Source: Hyalangium minutum (GTDB lineage: Bacteria; Myxococcota; Myxococcia; Myxococcales; Myxococcaceae). From it: a stretch of 64,000 nt of DNA. The stretch is taken from the NCBI RefSeq assembly GCF_000737315.1, contig NZ_JMCB01000021.1, forward strand, positions 1 to 64,000, read 5' to 3'. Below the pieces are notes generated by a model. The model did no database searches. It was given only the letters and a program-made list of their open reading frames with translations, and was not told the origin of the DNA. Below, one piece after another: positions 37,140 through 47,152 of this stretch. The stretch's first letter is position 1; the number at the start of each line of letters is the position of its first letter. The translations under genes were made by a program, and so were the position numbers.

Positions 37140-37736
37140 TCAGAGGTGCGCGAGCAGCTCGCCCAGCGCCTCGATGCGCGCATCCCCGTCCAGGCCGAGG
37201 CCCACGAAGCGCACGCCCGCTGCCCCTGCCGCGCCCCGGTCATAGCGGGAGTCACCCACCATCAGCGCCTCGCCAGCCGTGGCTCCGAGCTTCTCCAGCG
37301 CGTAGAGCACCAGATCCGGCGCGGGCTTCGAGCGCGGCACCAGGTCCGCACACGCACTGCATTCGAAACAGTCCGCCAGCTGGGCGGCTTCCAGCAGCGT
37401 GGAGGCCAGCGGTGACACTGTGTTCGTCACCACCGCACGTCCCAGTCCGCGAGTGCCCAGCAGCTCCAACAACCCCCGCGCCTCCGGGTTCACCCAGACG
37501 TGCTCCGCGTAGCGTGGGAAGTGCTCGATGTAGAAACGGTCCAGCTCGGCGGGCGTACAGCGCAGCCCGAACACGCGCACGTCCGCCTCGGTGCCCTGCC
37601 CGAAGGTGGGCTGGAACTCCTCGCGTGTCACGGGGCTGCCGCGGAAGCGCACTCCCGCGGCGGCCACCACATGGGCCCACGCCTCCTCGCTCTTGAGGAG
37701 GACGCCATCCATGTCGAACAGAACCGCGCGAAGCAC
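37140..37736 (-). CDS. HAD-family hydrolase
   Basis: FDMDGVL, KPAPD and MVGDS. Confidence 0.92.
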   Translation of the reverse strand: MLRAVLFDMDGVLLKSEEAWAHVVAAAGVRFRGSPVTREEFQPTFGQGTEADVRVFGLRCTPAELDRFYIEHFPRYAEHVWVNPEARGLLELLGTRGLGRAVVTNTVSPLASTLLEAAQLADCFECSACADLVPRSKPAPDLVLYALEKLGATAGEALMVGDSRYDRGAAGAAGVRFVGLGLDGDARIEALGELLAHL

Positions 37737-37741
37737 GCAGC

Positions 37742-38125
37742 TCAGGCCTTCGGCGTCTCGGCCGAGGCGCGCTGCGCCTCCACCTGCCGGCGCACGTCAT
37801 CCATGTCCAGCTCGCGCACCTTGGAGATCAGCTCCTCGAGCGCCGCCGCGGGCAGCGCCCCGGCCTGCTCGAACAGAAGGATGCCATCCCGGAACACCAT
37901 CAGCGTGGGGATGGAGCGGATCTCGAACGCCCCGGACAGCTCCTGCTCCGCGTCCGTGTCGATCTTCCCGAAGGTGATGTCCGCGTGCTTACCGGACACC
38001 TGCTCATAGATGGGGGCAAAGGCGCGGCAGGGGCCGCACCACGAAGCCCACCAATCCAGCAGGACGATGCCTTGCTTGCCGACGGTGTCCTTGAAGTTGT
38101 TCTTGCTGATTTCGATCGTCGCCAT
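37742..38125 (-). CDS. trxA: Thioredoxin
   Basis: WCGPC and IRSIPTL. Confidence 0.93.
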   Translation of the reverse strand: MATIEISKNNFKDTVGKQGIVLLDWWASWCGPCRAFAPIYEQVSGKHADITFGKIDTDAEQELSGAFEIRSIPTLMVFRDGILLFEQAGALPAAALEELISKVRELDMDDVRRQVEAQRASAETPKA

Positions 38126-38138
38126 TTGTGGCCTCCTC

Positions 38139-38462
38139 CTACCGCACGTCCAGCAGCTCCACCTCGAAGACGAGCGTGGCGTTGGGGGGGATGACCCCTC
38201 CGGCGCCTCGCGCGCCGTAGCCCAGCTCCGGGGGGATGGTGAGCTTGCGCAGCCCGCCCACCTTCATGCCCGCCACGCCTTGATCCCAGCCTTGGATGAC
38301 ATGGCCTGCCCCGAGCGGGAAGGAGAACCCCTGCCCACGGTCCCTGCTGCTGTCGAACGTCTTGCCGTCGGTGAGTGTGCCCACGTAGTGCACCGTCACC
38401 TTCTTGCCCGCGACAGCCTCGGCGCCCGTGCCGACCTTCAGGTCCTCCACCTTCAAGCTCAT
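38139..38462 (-). CDS. FKBP-type peptidyl-prolyl isomerase
   Basis: VTVHYVG, FDSS, VIQGWDQG and IPPNATLVFEVEL. Confidence 0.97.
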   Translation of the reverse strand: MSLKVEDLKVGTGAEAVAGKKVTVHYVGTLTDGKTFDSSRDRGQGFSFPLGAGHVIQGWDQGVAGMKVGGLRKLTIPPELGYGARGAGGVIPPNATLVFEVELLDVR

Positions 38463-38480
38463 CCACAGCCTCCTGGGAAA

Positions 38481-38502
38481 TTAAGGGGGAAGCCCACCTT
38501 AA
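38481..38502. promoter_or_regulatory. Inverted repeat upstream of the FKBP gene
   Basis: TTAAGG-GGGAAGCCCA-CCTTAA. Confidence 0.35.
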
Positions 38503-38530
38503 CGCGCTGGAGCGGCGCGCGCTGCTCTAG

Positions 38531-38575
38531 AAAAGAGACGGCGCGGCACCCTGTTGAGTGGGGGGTGCCGCGCCG
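38531..38575 (-). terminator. Intrinsic terminator of the outer-membrane protein gene
   Basis: 13-bp stem CGGCGCGGCACCC/GGGTGCCGCGCCG, then TCTCTTTT on the minus strand. Confidence 0.8.
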
Positions 38576-38608
38576 CCGGCTCATGTCCTGTATCTCACCT
38601 GGCCTGAG

Positions 38609-39679
38609 CTAGAACGTGCCGCCGATGTTCAGCGTGCCGGAGTACCGGCCGTTCTCGTTGAGGCCCGAGTCCACGCCCACGAAATCCTGGTCGAACAGGA
38701 AGTTGTAGTTGGCGCGCAGGTCCGCGGTGAAGCTGCCGATGTGGGTGCGCAGACCGGCGCCCACGGGCACGTTGCCCACGGTGTCATCGCTGAAGCCCGC
38801 GGCCGCCGCACCGGCGTTGCGGAAGTTGTAGTCGCTGAGGCCGATGCCGCCCAGCACGTACGGCTGCACCGGAGCCGCGCCCAGGCCGAACGTCACCGCC
38901 GCCTGGCCACCGTTGCGGACGAGGTCCGGGCCGCTGCCGCCGATGTCACCCAGGCGCGTGTCCAGGTTGTTCACCGCGCCGCTGTAGCCGAGCTCGATGC
39001 CGAATACCTTGGACGGCTTGATGGCCGCCGTCACACCGTACGCGGGACCCGGATTGATCTCCGGAGCCAGGGCGCCCGTGTAGCCCTCCACACCGCCGCC
39101 CACCATCAGCGTGAGGCCGCGCATGTTCGCGTTGGACTCCTTCTTCATCTCCCTGCCGGTGTCCTCGGTGATCGGGGTGAAGGCGCCGCTGCTGGGCTCC
39201 ACCGGCGTCACAGGAGCGGCCGGAGGCGTCACCTGCGGCTCACGCAGGGGCTCGCTCTGGAAGCCGCTGCCGCCCACGTCGGACGACGGGTAGCTCGAGT
39301 CGAACGAGCCGCTGCCACCCGTGCCCGCCCCACTCTTCTGCACCGGCTGGCAGCGCAGGATCATGTCACCCTGCTGCGTGGACTGGGTGTTGACACCGGC
39401 CTGGCCACTGCCGCCCACGCCGAAGTCATGTTTCACGCCGGACGCCTCGTCCGAGGTGAGGTCCTGCTCCATGCCCACCTGCCCGCTGCCTCCGATGGAG
39501 CTGTCCACGGGCTCGGTCTGCACCGTGGCCATGCTGTCACTGCTCACGCTGGACGAATCCATGCTCGCCTGCGTGTCCTTCTTGTCGTAGCCCGGCGGGC
39601 AGTCCTTACCGTCACCAGCAAACGCCGCGCCGCCAAACAGCAGCGCCGAGACGGCGCCCACGAGAATCTTCGCTTTCAT
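38609..39679 (-). CDS. Outer-membrane beta-barrel protein with a long Ser/Gly-rich N-terminal region
   Basis: Sec signal MKAKILVG...AFA; about 8 amphipathic strands; terminal IGGTF. Confidence 0.85.
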   Translation of the reverse strand: MKAKILVGAVSALLFGGAAFAGDGKDCPPGYDKKDTQASMDSSSVSSDSMATVQTEPVDSSIGGSGQVGMEQDLTSDEASGVKHDFGVGGSGQAGVNTQSTQQGDMILRCQPVQKSGAGTGGSGSFDSSYPSSDVGGSGFQSEPLREPQVTPPAAPVTPVEPSSGAFTPITEDTGREMKKESNANMRGLTLMVGGGVEGYTGALAPEINPGPAYGVTAAIKPSKVFGIELGYSGAVNNLDTRLGDIGGSGPDLVRNGGQAAVTFGLGAAPVQPYVLGGIGLSDYNFRNAGAAAAGFSDDTVGNVPVGAGLRTHIGSFTADLRANYNFLFDQDFVGVDSGLNENGRYSGTLNIGGTF

Positions 39680-39893
39680 CCAACCCTCCGTTGTCGGTTG
39701 ACGGACATGAAGGTTGTTGCCCCCCTCACATCCGGCAAGGCGCGGAGCCTGATCCACGAGCAGGGCCGGAACCCCGTCCGGGGAGCAGCCAGCCAGTCGA
39801 GTCGAGTCGAAACAGCCGCTTGCCAAGAAACGCGGCGCACTCGCGTTTCAAGGCGGCGCGGAGGGGACCTGGGGTACTGTGCATCTGTTCCCT

Positions 39894-40943
39894 ATGGCCT
39901 CTGCTTCTTCTCTGAAGACCGTCATCGCCGCGCTGTCCGGCAATACCCTCGTCACCCTGGTGAAGTTCATCGCGTTCGCGCTCTCGGGCTCGGGCGCCAT
40001 GCTGTCCGAGGCCATCCACTCGGCGGCGGACACGGGCAACCAGGTGCTGCTGTTGCTGGGCCTGAAGCGCGGCAGCCGCGCGGGCGATCAAGAGTTCCAG
40101 TACGGCTACGGCGGGGAGCGCTTCGTCTTCGGCATCCTCTCGGCCTCGGGCATCTTCTTCGTGGGCTGCGGCGTCACCGTCTACCACGGCTTCCAGTCGT
40201 TGCTGCACCCGCACCAGCCGGAGATCGGCGCGAGCACCTTCGCGGTGCTGGGCTTCTCCTTCCTGGTGGAGGGCAGCGTGCTGCTGCTGGCGATCTCCTC
40301 CATGCGGAAGCAGGCGGCGGGCATGCCGTTCTGGCGCTACGTGCGCGAGAAGGCGGATCCGGCGGCCCTGGCCATCCTGCTGGAGGACGGCGCCGCGGTG
40401 CTGGGCCTGGTGCTCGCCACGACGGGCATCCTCTTGGCGTACCTCACGGGCAACCCGGTGTGGGACGCGGCCGCGTCGCTCACGGTGGGCTTGCTGCTGG
40501 GCCTCATCGCCGTGGTGCTGATGGTGGAGAACCGCGGGCTGCTGCTCGGCCGGGCCGTGCCCGCAGAGGTCCAGCAGCGCTTCGTGGAGCGGGTGCGCTC
40601 GCGCGGGAGCATCGCGGAGCTGCACGACGTGAAGACGCGGCAGCTCACGCCGGAGTCCTACCAGTTCAAGGCGGAGATCCGCTTCAGCGAGGACTTCGTC
40701 TCCGCGCGGCTGGCGGAGATCCTCCCCACCCAGGGGGTGCCTGCCTCGGGCGAGGCGCGGGCGCAAGCGCTCCAGGAGGCCGCCCGCCACCTCATCCGGG
40801 CTCTCAGCGAAGAGGTGGACGCCATCGAGGCCGCGGTGCGCGCCGCCATCCCCGAGGCCCAGCACATCGACCTGGAGCTGGAGCACCTGCCCCTGGCATC
40901 CCCCTCGGGGGCTACGCCTTCTTCGTCCACTCCGAGCCGGTGA
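39894..40943 (+). CDS. Cation diffusion facilitator (ZnT9-like)
   Basis: HSAADTGNQ, GYGGERF and LLEDGAA motifs. Confidence 0.9.
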   Translation: MASASSLKTVIAALSGNTLVTLVKFIAFALSGSGAMLSEAIHSAADTGNQVLLLLGLKRGSRAGDQEFQYGYGGERFVFGILSASGIFFVGCGVTVYHGFQSLLHPHQPEIGASTFAVLGFSFLVEGSVLLLAISSMRKQAAGMPFWRYVREKADPAALAILLEDGAAVLGLVLATTGILLAYLTGNPVWDAAASLTVGLLLGLIAVVLMVENRGLLLGRAVPAEVQQRFVERVRSRGSIAELHDVKTRQLTPESYQFKAEIRFSEDFVSARLAEILPTQGVPASGEARAQALQEAARHLIRALSEEVDAIEAAVRAAIPEAQHIDLELEHLPLASPSGATPSSSTPSR

Positions 40944-42804
40944 CGACCGGCAGCTGCATGGCGCGCTCGCGGTCCAGGTCCAGGTTGCCGATGTGCAGCG
41001 ACAGGGGCGACTGCACCCACTTGTAGATGGACTGGAGGAAGAGCCGGACGAACTTGTCCGCGTAGCCCTGGAGCCGCGCGGGCTCGACCTCGGGGAACAT
41101 GGCGGTGAGGGCCTGCACCAGCTCGGCGGGCACCAGCTTCTCGCCCGCGAAGAGGTAGAAGCACGCGTCCAGGATGGGGAAGGGCATCAGCTCCTCCTCA
41201 CCTACCTGGTTGTGCGCGAGCTCAGGACCCGCAGGCTTGGCCAGCACCTTCTTGATGCCCTCGTAGCCTGTTTTCTCCTGCAGGTAGTCCAGCAGGTACA
41301 TGACCACCGTCTTGGGCACGTTGGCGATGACGGCCAGGGCGCCCATCAGGTCTCCGCCGATGGTGGTGTAGCCCACGGACTTCTCGCTCATGTTGCCCGT
41401 CTGCAGGAACAGGCCGCCTGCCGAGTTGGACCAGTTCCACATGCGCTGGGCGCGCAGGCGGGCTTGGACGTTCTGCTCCGTAACCGCCGTGACGGGTTGC
41501 TCCCCGAGCATCTGCTTGGCCACGGCCAGCTCGCGGTCGAAGGCCTCCTCGATGGGGATGACCTGGAACGGGACGCCGAGCTCGCGCGAGATGGTCTCCG
41601 CGGCATCACGGGTGGCATCGCTCGAGTAGCGGCTGGGCATGTAGAAGGCCCGCAGCAGTGAGCCCGGGTTCTCGGGCCGCACCTTCTTCGCGTACCGGTG
41701 GGCAATGAGCAGCGTCAGCAGCGAGTCCCGGCCTCCCGACAGGGCGATGCCGATGACCTTGAAGGCGCGCGTCTTCTCGAAGTAGTCGCCCACGCCCAGC
41801 GCCAGGGCGTCGAGCACGTCCTCGCACAGCGCCTCGCGGGCGGGGCGGCGCTGGTCCGGCCCTGGCAGGAAGAAGCTGCGGTGCGCCGGCACCGGGTAGG
41901 TGAGCTTGTCGCGCTTGCTCTGGAAGACCTTCGTGCAGTCCAGCGCGGGCACCGGCTTGCCGCCACGGGCCACCCACGCCTCGTAGTCGCCGCGCCACGT
42001 GGTGTTCTCCGTGCGCAGGCGCATGGTGCGATCCAGATCCACCACTGCCGCCGAGTAGCCTTCCTGGAAGCGCGGCGTCTCGTGGACGTGGCGGCCGTTC
42101 TGGTTCAGGAAGCCGCCGCCGTCGAAGATGATGCCGTCATTGCTGCCCAGCGCATTGGCGTAGGCGATGGTGCACTGGTGGTCCGCGGCGCGCGTGGCGA
42201 TGAGCTCCCGTCGCGTGTCCACGAAGCCGATGCGGAACGGCGAGGCGGACAGGTTCACCACCAGCTCGCCACCCGAGTACGTGCGCCGGCGCTGCGGCCC
42301 GTCCGCGCTCCAGATGTCCTCGCAGACCTCGGGGGCCAGGGTGCCGAAGTCGAAGCGGAACAGGTAGTCACCCAGCGGCACGTCGCGGTGCACCTCGGCC
42401 ATGCCCGGGTAGCCGCGGGACCAGGTGCGTGCCTCGTAGAAGATGCTGTACGTGGGCAGCTTCTCCTTGGGCACCAGCCCCAGCACCTGGCCGCTGGCCA
42501 CCACCGCCGCGCAGTTGAGGCGCAGTCCCTGGTGGGCCACCGCCACGCCCACCACGAAGACGGTGGACAGGCTGGCCGTCTCCCGTGCGAAGCGCTCCAG
42601 CTCCGGCCACTGGTGGTCGACGAAGCCCTGCCACTGAATGAGATCCTCAGCCGGGTAGCCGCCGATGACTTGCTCCGGGAAGAGGCCCACGGTGACGTCA
42701 TCCGCCGCCATCTTCCGCGCCAGCGTGAGCACCCGCTCCATATTGCGCGTGAAGGCGCCCACGGTGGTGTTGACGCTGGCGATCCCTACCTTGACGAGCC
42801 GCAT
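40912..42804 (-). CDS. nadE: Glutamine-dependent NAD+ synthase
   Basis: Nitrilase domain (FPE, K, CED); SGGRDS, ENVQAR-like NVQAR and GNMSEKSVGYTT. Confidence 0.93.
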   Translation of the reverse strand: MRLVKVGIASVNTTVGAFTRNMERVLTLARKMAADDVTVGLFPEQVIGGYPAEDLIQWQGFVDHQWPELERFARETASLSTVFVVGVAVAHQGLRLNCAAVVASGQVLGLVPKEKLPTYSIFYEARTWSRGYPGMAEVHRDVPLGDYLFRFDFGTLAPEVCEDIWSADGPQRRRTYSGGELVVNLSASPFRIGFVDTRRELIATRAADHQCTIAYANALGSNDGIIFDGGGFLNQNGRHVHETPRFQEGYSAAVVDLDRTMRLRTENTTWRGDYEAWVARGGKPVPALDCTKVFQSKRDKLTYPVPAHRSFFLPGPDQRRPAREALCEDVLDALALGVGDYFEKTRAFKVIGIALSGGRDSLLTLLIAHRYAKKVRPENPGSLLRAFYMPSRYSSDATRDAAETISRELGVPFQVIPIEEAFDRELAVAKQMLGEQPVTAVTEQNVQARLRAQRMWNWSNSAGGLFLQTGNMSEKSVGYTTIGGDLMGALAVIANVPKTVVMYLLDYLQEKTGYEGIKKVLAKPAGPELAHNQVGEEELMPFPILDACFYLFAGEKLVPAELVQALTAMFPEVEPARLQGYADKFVRLFLQSIYKWVQSPLSLHIGNLDLDRERAMQLPVVTGSEWTKKA

Positions 42805-42921
42805 GGCTGCGAGTCCCCTTCGAGCCCGAGGCGCAACCCGCGCATCCCCGGGCCGGTGTCATGTCCTCCCCCAGCAGACGCCCGGGAGGGCGGAGACGCA
42901 AGCCTTTCGGCGTACAGCCGC

Positions 42922-43578
42922 TCAGTTCAGCGGGCCCGTGGGCCGCATCGGCTGCAGGCGGCCCAACAGCTCGCCTACTTCGTCGATGACCGCCTGGAGG
43001 CGCACGCGCACGTCCAGCTCGGAGAGCAGCTCCTGGCGCCGCTCGGGCTCGGGGATGATGGCGGCGGCCACCACGTCTGCCAGGGTGCCGCCGTTGGCCC
43101 GCGCTACCGCCGGCAGCAGTCCCTCGGAGAACGAGGGCGGCACCCGCCCAGCCAGCTCGAGCACGGCCTGACGCAGCTGCTCCTCCTCCGGCCCGTGGTA
43201 CGACGGGTCCGGCAGCAGCTCGACGCGCATCTCGCGGTAGAGCCGCTCCGAGGGCAGCTCGGCCACCATGCGGGCCCGGCAGACGCCCTGGAGCAGCAGG
43301 TTGTAGCGCCCATCCTCCAGCTTCTCGTGCCAGACGATGAGGCCGACGCACATCATCTCCTGGACGGGCGGCCTCCCGGCGTAATGGGTCTCCCAGCCGG
43401 GCTCCAGCTGCGCCAGGGCCATCACCTGGTCCGAGGACAGGGCGTCCCCCACCATGTCCCGGTAGCGCGGCTCGAAGATGTGCAGGGGAATGACCGAGTG
43501 CGGGAAGAGCACCGCCGAGGGCAGCGGGAAGACCTTCAGCGCGTCTGAGGACTGGATGATGCGTTCCGGGACCGTCAT
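42922..43578 (-). CDS. LON substrate-binding (N-terminal) domain protein
   Basis: FPLPSAVLFP and PLHIFEPRY. Confidence 0.92.
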   Translation of the reverse strand: MTVPERIIQSSDALKVFPLPSAVLFPHSVIPLHIFEPRYRDMVGDALSSDQVMALAQLEPGWETHYAGRPPVQEMMCVGLIVWHEKLEDGRYNLLLQGVCRARMVAELPSERLYREMRVELLPDPSYHGPEEEQLRQAVLELAGRVPPSFSEGLLPAVARANGGTLADVVAAAIIPEPERRQELLSELDVRVRLQAVIDEVGELLGRLQPMRPTGPLN

Positions 43579-43706
43579 GGGCTCTCCCTTACCGTTACCT
43601 TTGTTCATAAGTATGGGGTACGCAGGTCGCATCCCAATCAAGCGGGCGCTCCTCGGGCAGCAGGGCGGTGGAAACCGGCTGTGGTTCCGCTAGGGTGCGC
43701 GGCCAC

Positions 43707-44279
43707 ATGTCGGATACGTCCCAAGCCCCGATCGCCACCCAGTCCGAGAAGCTCTCCTGGTACCGCAGGCTCTACCTGCGCGTCGAGGCCCTGTCCTCCT
43801 CGAAGCATGCCCTGGCTGCCATGCTAGGGGTGTCGGTGATTGACGGCTCGGTGTTCCCCATTCCCCCCTTCGCGCTGCTCGTCCCCATGGTGCTGGCCCA
43901 GCCGCGCAGGTGGGTGCGCTATGCGGTGCTGGGCACGGTGGCCAGTCTCTTCGGGGGCCTGATTGGCTACTGGCTGGGCACCCTCATCGCGGCGGGGGCG
44001 GTGGACTTCCTGAACATCGACCTGAACGTGCGGGTGCAGCGCTTTGGCGTGGACGCCACCGTGGGCGAGTTGCTGGGCCAGAACTTCTGGGTGTTGTCGC
44101 TGCTGTGCTCGGTGCTGCCCACGCCCTTCAAGGTGGTGGCCATCGGCAGCGGCATGGTGTCCGTGCCGCTGGACCGGTTCCTGCTCGCGGCCATCATCGG
44201 GCGCACGGTGCGCTTCTTCGCCGTGGCCGGGGTGATGCGCTTCGTGGGGCCCACCGCGCGCAAGTGGCTGCGCGTCTGA
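43707..44279 (+). CDS. YqaA/DedA (VTT) family membrane protein
   Basis: SVFPIPP, PTPFKV and GRTVRFF. Confidence 0.9.
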   Translation: MSDTSQAPIATQSEKLSWYRRLYLRVEALSSSKHALAAMLGVSVIDGSVFPIPPFALLVPMVLAQPRRWVRYAVLGTVASLFGGLIGYWLGTLIAAGAVDFLNIDLNVRVQRFGVDATVGELLGQNFWVLSLLCSVLPTPFKVVAIGSGMVSVPLDRFLLAAIIGRTVRFFAVAGVMRFVGPTARKWLRV

Positions 44280-44291
44280 GACGGGCGGACT

Positions 44292-46733
44292 TCAGGTGCC
44301 TGCGGGAGCGGGTTCCAGGGCCGCGTCGATGGTGGCCAGCAGCACCTCCGGGCGCACGGGCTTCTCCAGTACCTGATTGGGTACGGAGCGGATGAAGGCG
44401 CTCGCGGCCGGAGTGAAGGCCCCGCCGGACATGAAGACCAGCCGCCGAGCCAGCTCCGGAGCCTGCTCACGCAGCCAGTCGTAGATGTCCATGCCCGTGG
44501 TCCCCGGCATCTGCAAATCACACACGACGAGATCAAAGCGCTGCCCCGAGGCGACCCACTCCAGGGCTTCGCTGCCGCGCGTGGTGGTCACCACGTCGTG
44601 GTTGGGCGCCAGCAGCAGGCGCATGGACTGGGCCAGCCGGGGCTCGTCATCCACGATGAGGATGCGCCCGCGCCGCGCGGGGCGTGCTGGGGAGGCGGCC
44701 TGCTCCACCGGGCGGTGCGCGGGCTCGGCGGCGCGAGGAAGCTCCGGGGGTGCCGCAGGGAGCAGGATGGTGAAGACAGAACCCTGGCCAGGCTCGCTGC
44801 GCACGAGAATCTCCCCTCCGTGGGCCCGGACGATCTGCTGGCAGATGGAGAGCCCCAGGCCGGTGCCCTCCTCATGTGACTTGGTGGTGAAGAACGGCTC
44901 GAAGATATGCGGGAGCACCTCGGGGGCGATTCCCCGGCCGGTGTCCGACACCTCGAGCTGGGCCTGGCCATCGGGCGCCGTGAGCGTGCGGATCCGTACC
45001 GTGTGCTGCTCCGCCTGCCCCGGGGGGACGGCCTGCACCGCGTTCACGAGCAGGTTGAGGAGCACCTGGCCCAGCCGGGCCCCGCTCCCCAGGACCGGGG
45101 GAATGGCGCTGTAGTCCTCCACCAGCTTCGCCCGGTCGCGGAGCGCATGCCGCACCATCCGGAGCGCGGGCGCCGCCACCTCACGCAAGTCCACGCGCTC
45201 GCGGCCATCCGAGCCCTCGCGGCTGAACTTCCGCAGATCCTCGACGATGAGCCGGATGCGCTCGGCCCCTTCCTGCGCGTCCAGGAGATGGGAGAGTGCC
45301 TCCGCGGCTCCCGCTCTCCCCTTGCCCAAGCTGCGCGTCGCGCCGGTGAGGTTCAGCTCCAGGTAGGCCAGCGGGTTCTGGATCTCGTGCCCCACTCCCG
45401 CGGCGAGCGTGCCTACCGCGGCCACGCGCTCGGCCGCCATCAGCCGGGCGCTCAGCTCCTGCGTGGCGGAGACGTCGCGGTGAATGGAGACCAGGTGCGT
45501 CACCGCGCCGCCCGCGTCCCGCACGGGAGACACCTGCACCTCGCTGTGGACCCGTGAGCCAGCGCGGTGCTTGAGCAGCACCTGGCCACGGAAGGGTGTG
45601 GCCTCGCGCAGGGCGGCCTCCAGGCGCTGGCGCGTCTCGGGATCCATGTCCCCCATGTGCTCGAGCGGAGAGCGCCTCAGCAGCGCCTCCTGCTCCAGGT
45701 CCACCATGGCGCGGAAGGCCTCGTTGGCGAAGACGACGCGGGGGCCCTCGGGCGTCACCTCGTTGATGACGACCCCCTCATTCAGGCCGCGCACGGCGGT
45801 GGCGAGCAACTCCACCTGCCGGGTGGCATCCCGGCGCCCAGCGCTCACCGCCGCGAGCAGCAGGCCCGTGGTGGCGTTGACGGTGATGGCCAACTGCAAG
45901 AGCAGCAGCGTCCGCACCCGGGCCTCCGCCACGACCGTGGACTCCGAGGAGAGCCCCAGCCCCACCTCCGCGCTCCAGACCGAGCACAAGGTGAAGAGCA
46001 GGATGACGAACGCCACGCCGCGAGGGCTGAAGCGCAGGGCCGCCCAGACCGCCAGGGGGAAGAAGAAGAAGGTCGCCCTGTACCACGAGGCGTCTCCGCC
46101 CAACCCGGCCTGGGAAACCATCAGGCCCCCCAGCAGCGTGCAGCCACCGAGCGCCAAGGCCTCCCAGCGAAACCCCGCCGGCCGCTGTTGCCGGAGCAGC
46201 AGCAGCGCGGGCGTCACGACAGCGATTCCGATCCCATCCCCCAGCCACCACACCTGAATCGTCTTCGCGACGTCCGTCCACTCCAGCCCGCCCCAGAGCA
46301 CGAGGCTGACCGTGGCCGCCGACGCGCCCACCAAGGAGGAGCCCAGCGCCGCGCCCACGCTGAGGGCGACAACGTCTTGGACACGCTCCAGCCGGGCCGA
46401 GAAGCCCCACCGCTTCAGCAAGAGCGCCCCTAGCACGGGCTCCAAGGTGCCGCCCAAGGCGCTCCCCAGGCTGGCGAGCGGTGGGTTGCCCATCCCCAGG
46501 CAGAGCACGAGGCCGCCGAAGAAGATGCCCGGCCAGTAGGACACGCCCAGCATCAGCAGTGCTGCCAAGGCCACGCCCGAGGCGGGCCAGACCGGGCTGA
46601 CGTTGAACGCCCCGATGGAGAAGACCAGCCCTGCCTTGCCGACCAGCCAATACACGACGGCCAGCGCAAGCATCGTCACGATGCCGCGCGCCGTGGCTGC
46701 CCAGGCGATGCGCTCGCGTCCCGGAATGGTCAC
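44292..46733 (-). CDS. MASE1-PAS-HisKA-HATPase-REC hybrid kinase
   Basis: PVWPASGVALA and WWLGDGIG (MASE1); GHEIQNPL, GTGLGL, CDLQMP. Start is inferred. Confidence 0.88.
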   Translation of the reverse strand: MTIPGRERIAWAATARGIVTMLALAVVYWLVGKAGLVFSIGAFNVSPVWPASGVALAALLMLGVSYWPGIFFGGLVLCLGMGNPPLASLGSALGGTLEPVLGALLLKRWGFSARLERVQDVVALSVGAALGSSLVGASAATVSLVLWGGLEWTDVAKTIQVWWLGDGIGIAVVTPALLLLRQQRPAGFRWEALALGGCTLLGGLMVSQAGLGGDASWYRATFFFFPLAVWAALRFSPRGVAFVILLFTLCSVWSAEVGLGLSSESTVVAEARVRTLLLLQLAITVNATTGLLLAAVSAGRRDATRQVELLATAVRGLNEGVVINEVTPEGPRVVFANEAFRAMVDLEQEALLRRSPLEHMGDMDPETRQRLEAALREATPFRGQVLLKHRAGSRVHSEVQVSPVRDAGGAVTHLVSIHRDVSATQELSARLMAAERVAAVGTLAAGVGHEIQNPLAYLELNLTGATRSLGKGRAGAAEALSHLLDAQEGAERIRLIVEDLRKFSREGSDGRERVDLREVAAPALRMVRHALRDRAKLVEDYSAIPPVLGSGARLGQVLLNLLVNAVQAVPPGQAEQHTVRIRTLTAPDGQAQLEVSDTGRGIAPEVLPHIFEPFFTTKSHEEGTGLGLSICQQIVRAHGGEILVRSEPGQGSVFTILLPAAPPELPRAAEPAHRPVEQAASPARPARRGRILIVDDEPRLAQSMRLLLAPNHDVVTTTRGSEALEWVASGQRFDLVVCDLQMPGTTGMDIYDWLREQAPELARRLVFMSGGAFTPAASAFIRSVPNQVLEKPVRPEVLLATIDAALEPAPAGT

Positions 46734-46929
46734 TCCCCCCAACGCCGGTCCCGCTGCTTGGCAAGCGGACGGCTGAGGACCATCGTACCCAGGCAATGGG
46801 TCGAAGCAACCCCCCCGGAATTCCCCAAGAAAATTCACTGCCTGTCCCCCCCTGCACTGGGGGGTGCGCCCGGCGCAATCGCGCGGCGGCCCGTGCGTAG
46901 GACAGGACAACAAGGAGGAAGCCAAGACG

Positions 46930-47151
46930 ATGTCCAGACCTGGTGCCGCCGCTCTGTTGTCGTTCCTCATCCCCGGAGTGGGACAGCTCTACAACGGGGA
47001 CATCCTGCGCGGGGTCTTCTGGCTCATCATCACGCCGGGCTTCTGGATTGGCACCGGCGGCCTGCTGGGCTGGGTGTGCCACTTCATCGCTGCGGCCACG
47101 GCGCACAGCCGCGCGGAGGAGAAGGAACTGCGCCGCCTCCCGGCCTGGTAG
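46930..47151 (+). CDS. Small membrane protein (TM2/DUF5683-like)
   Basis: ALLSFLIPGVGQLYNG motif; AAGGAGG RBS. Confidence 0.85.
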   Translation: MSRPGAAALLSFLIPGVGQLYNGDILRGVFWLIITPGFWIGTGGLLGWVCHFIAAATAHSRAEEKELRRLPAW

Positions 47152-47152
47152 C

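Noticed and set aside
39795-39810. (AGTCG)3 microrepeat upstream of the beta-barrel and CDF genes
   Set aside because: Too short to distinguish from chance.
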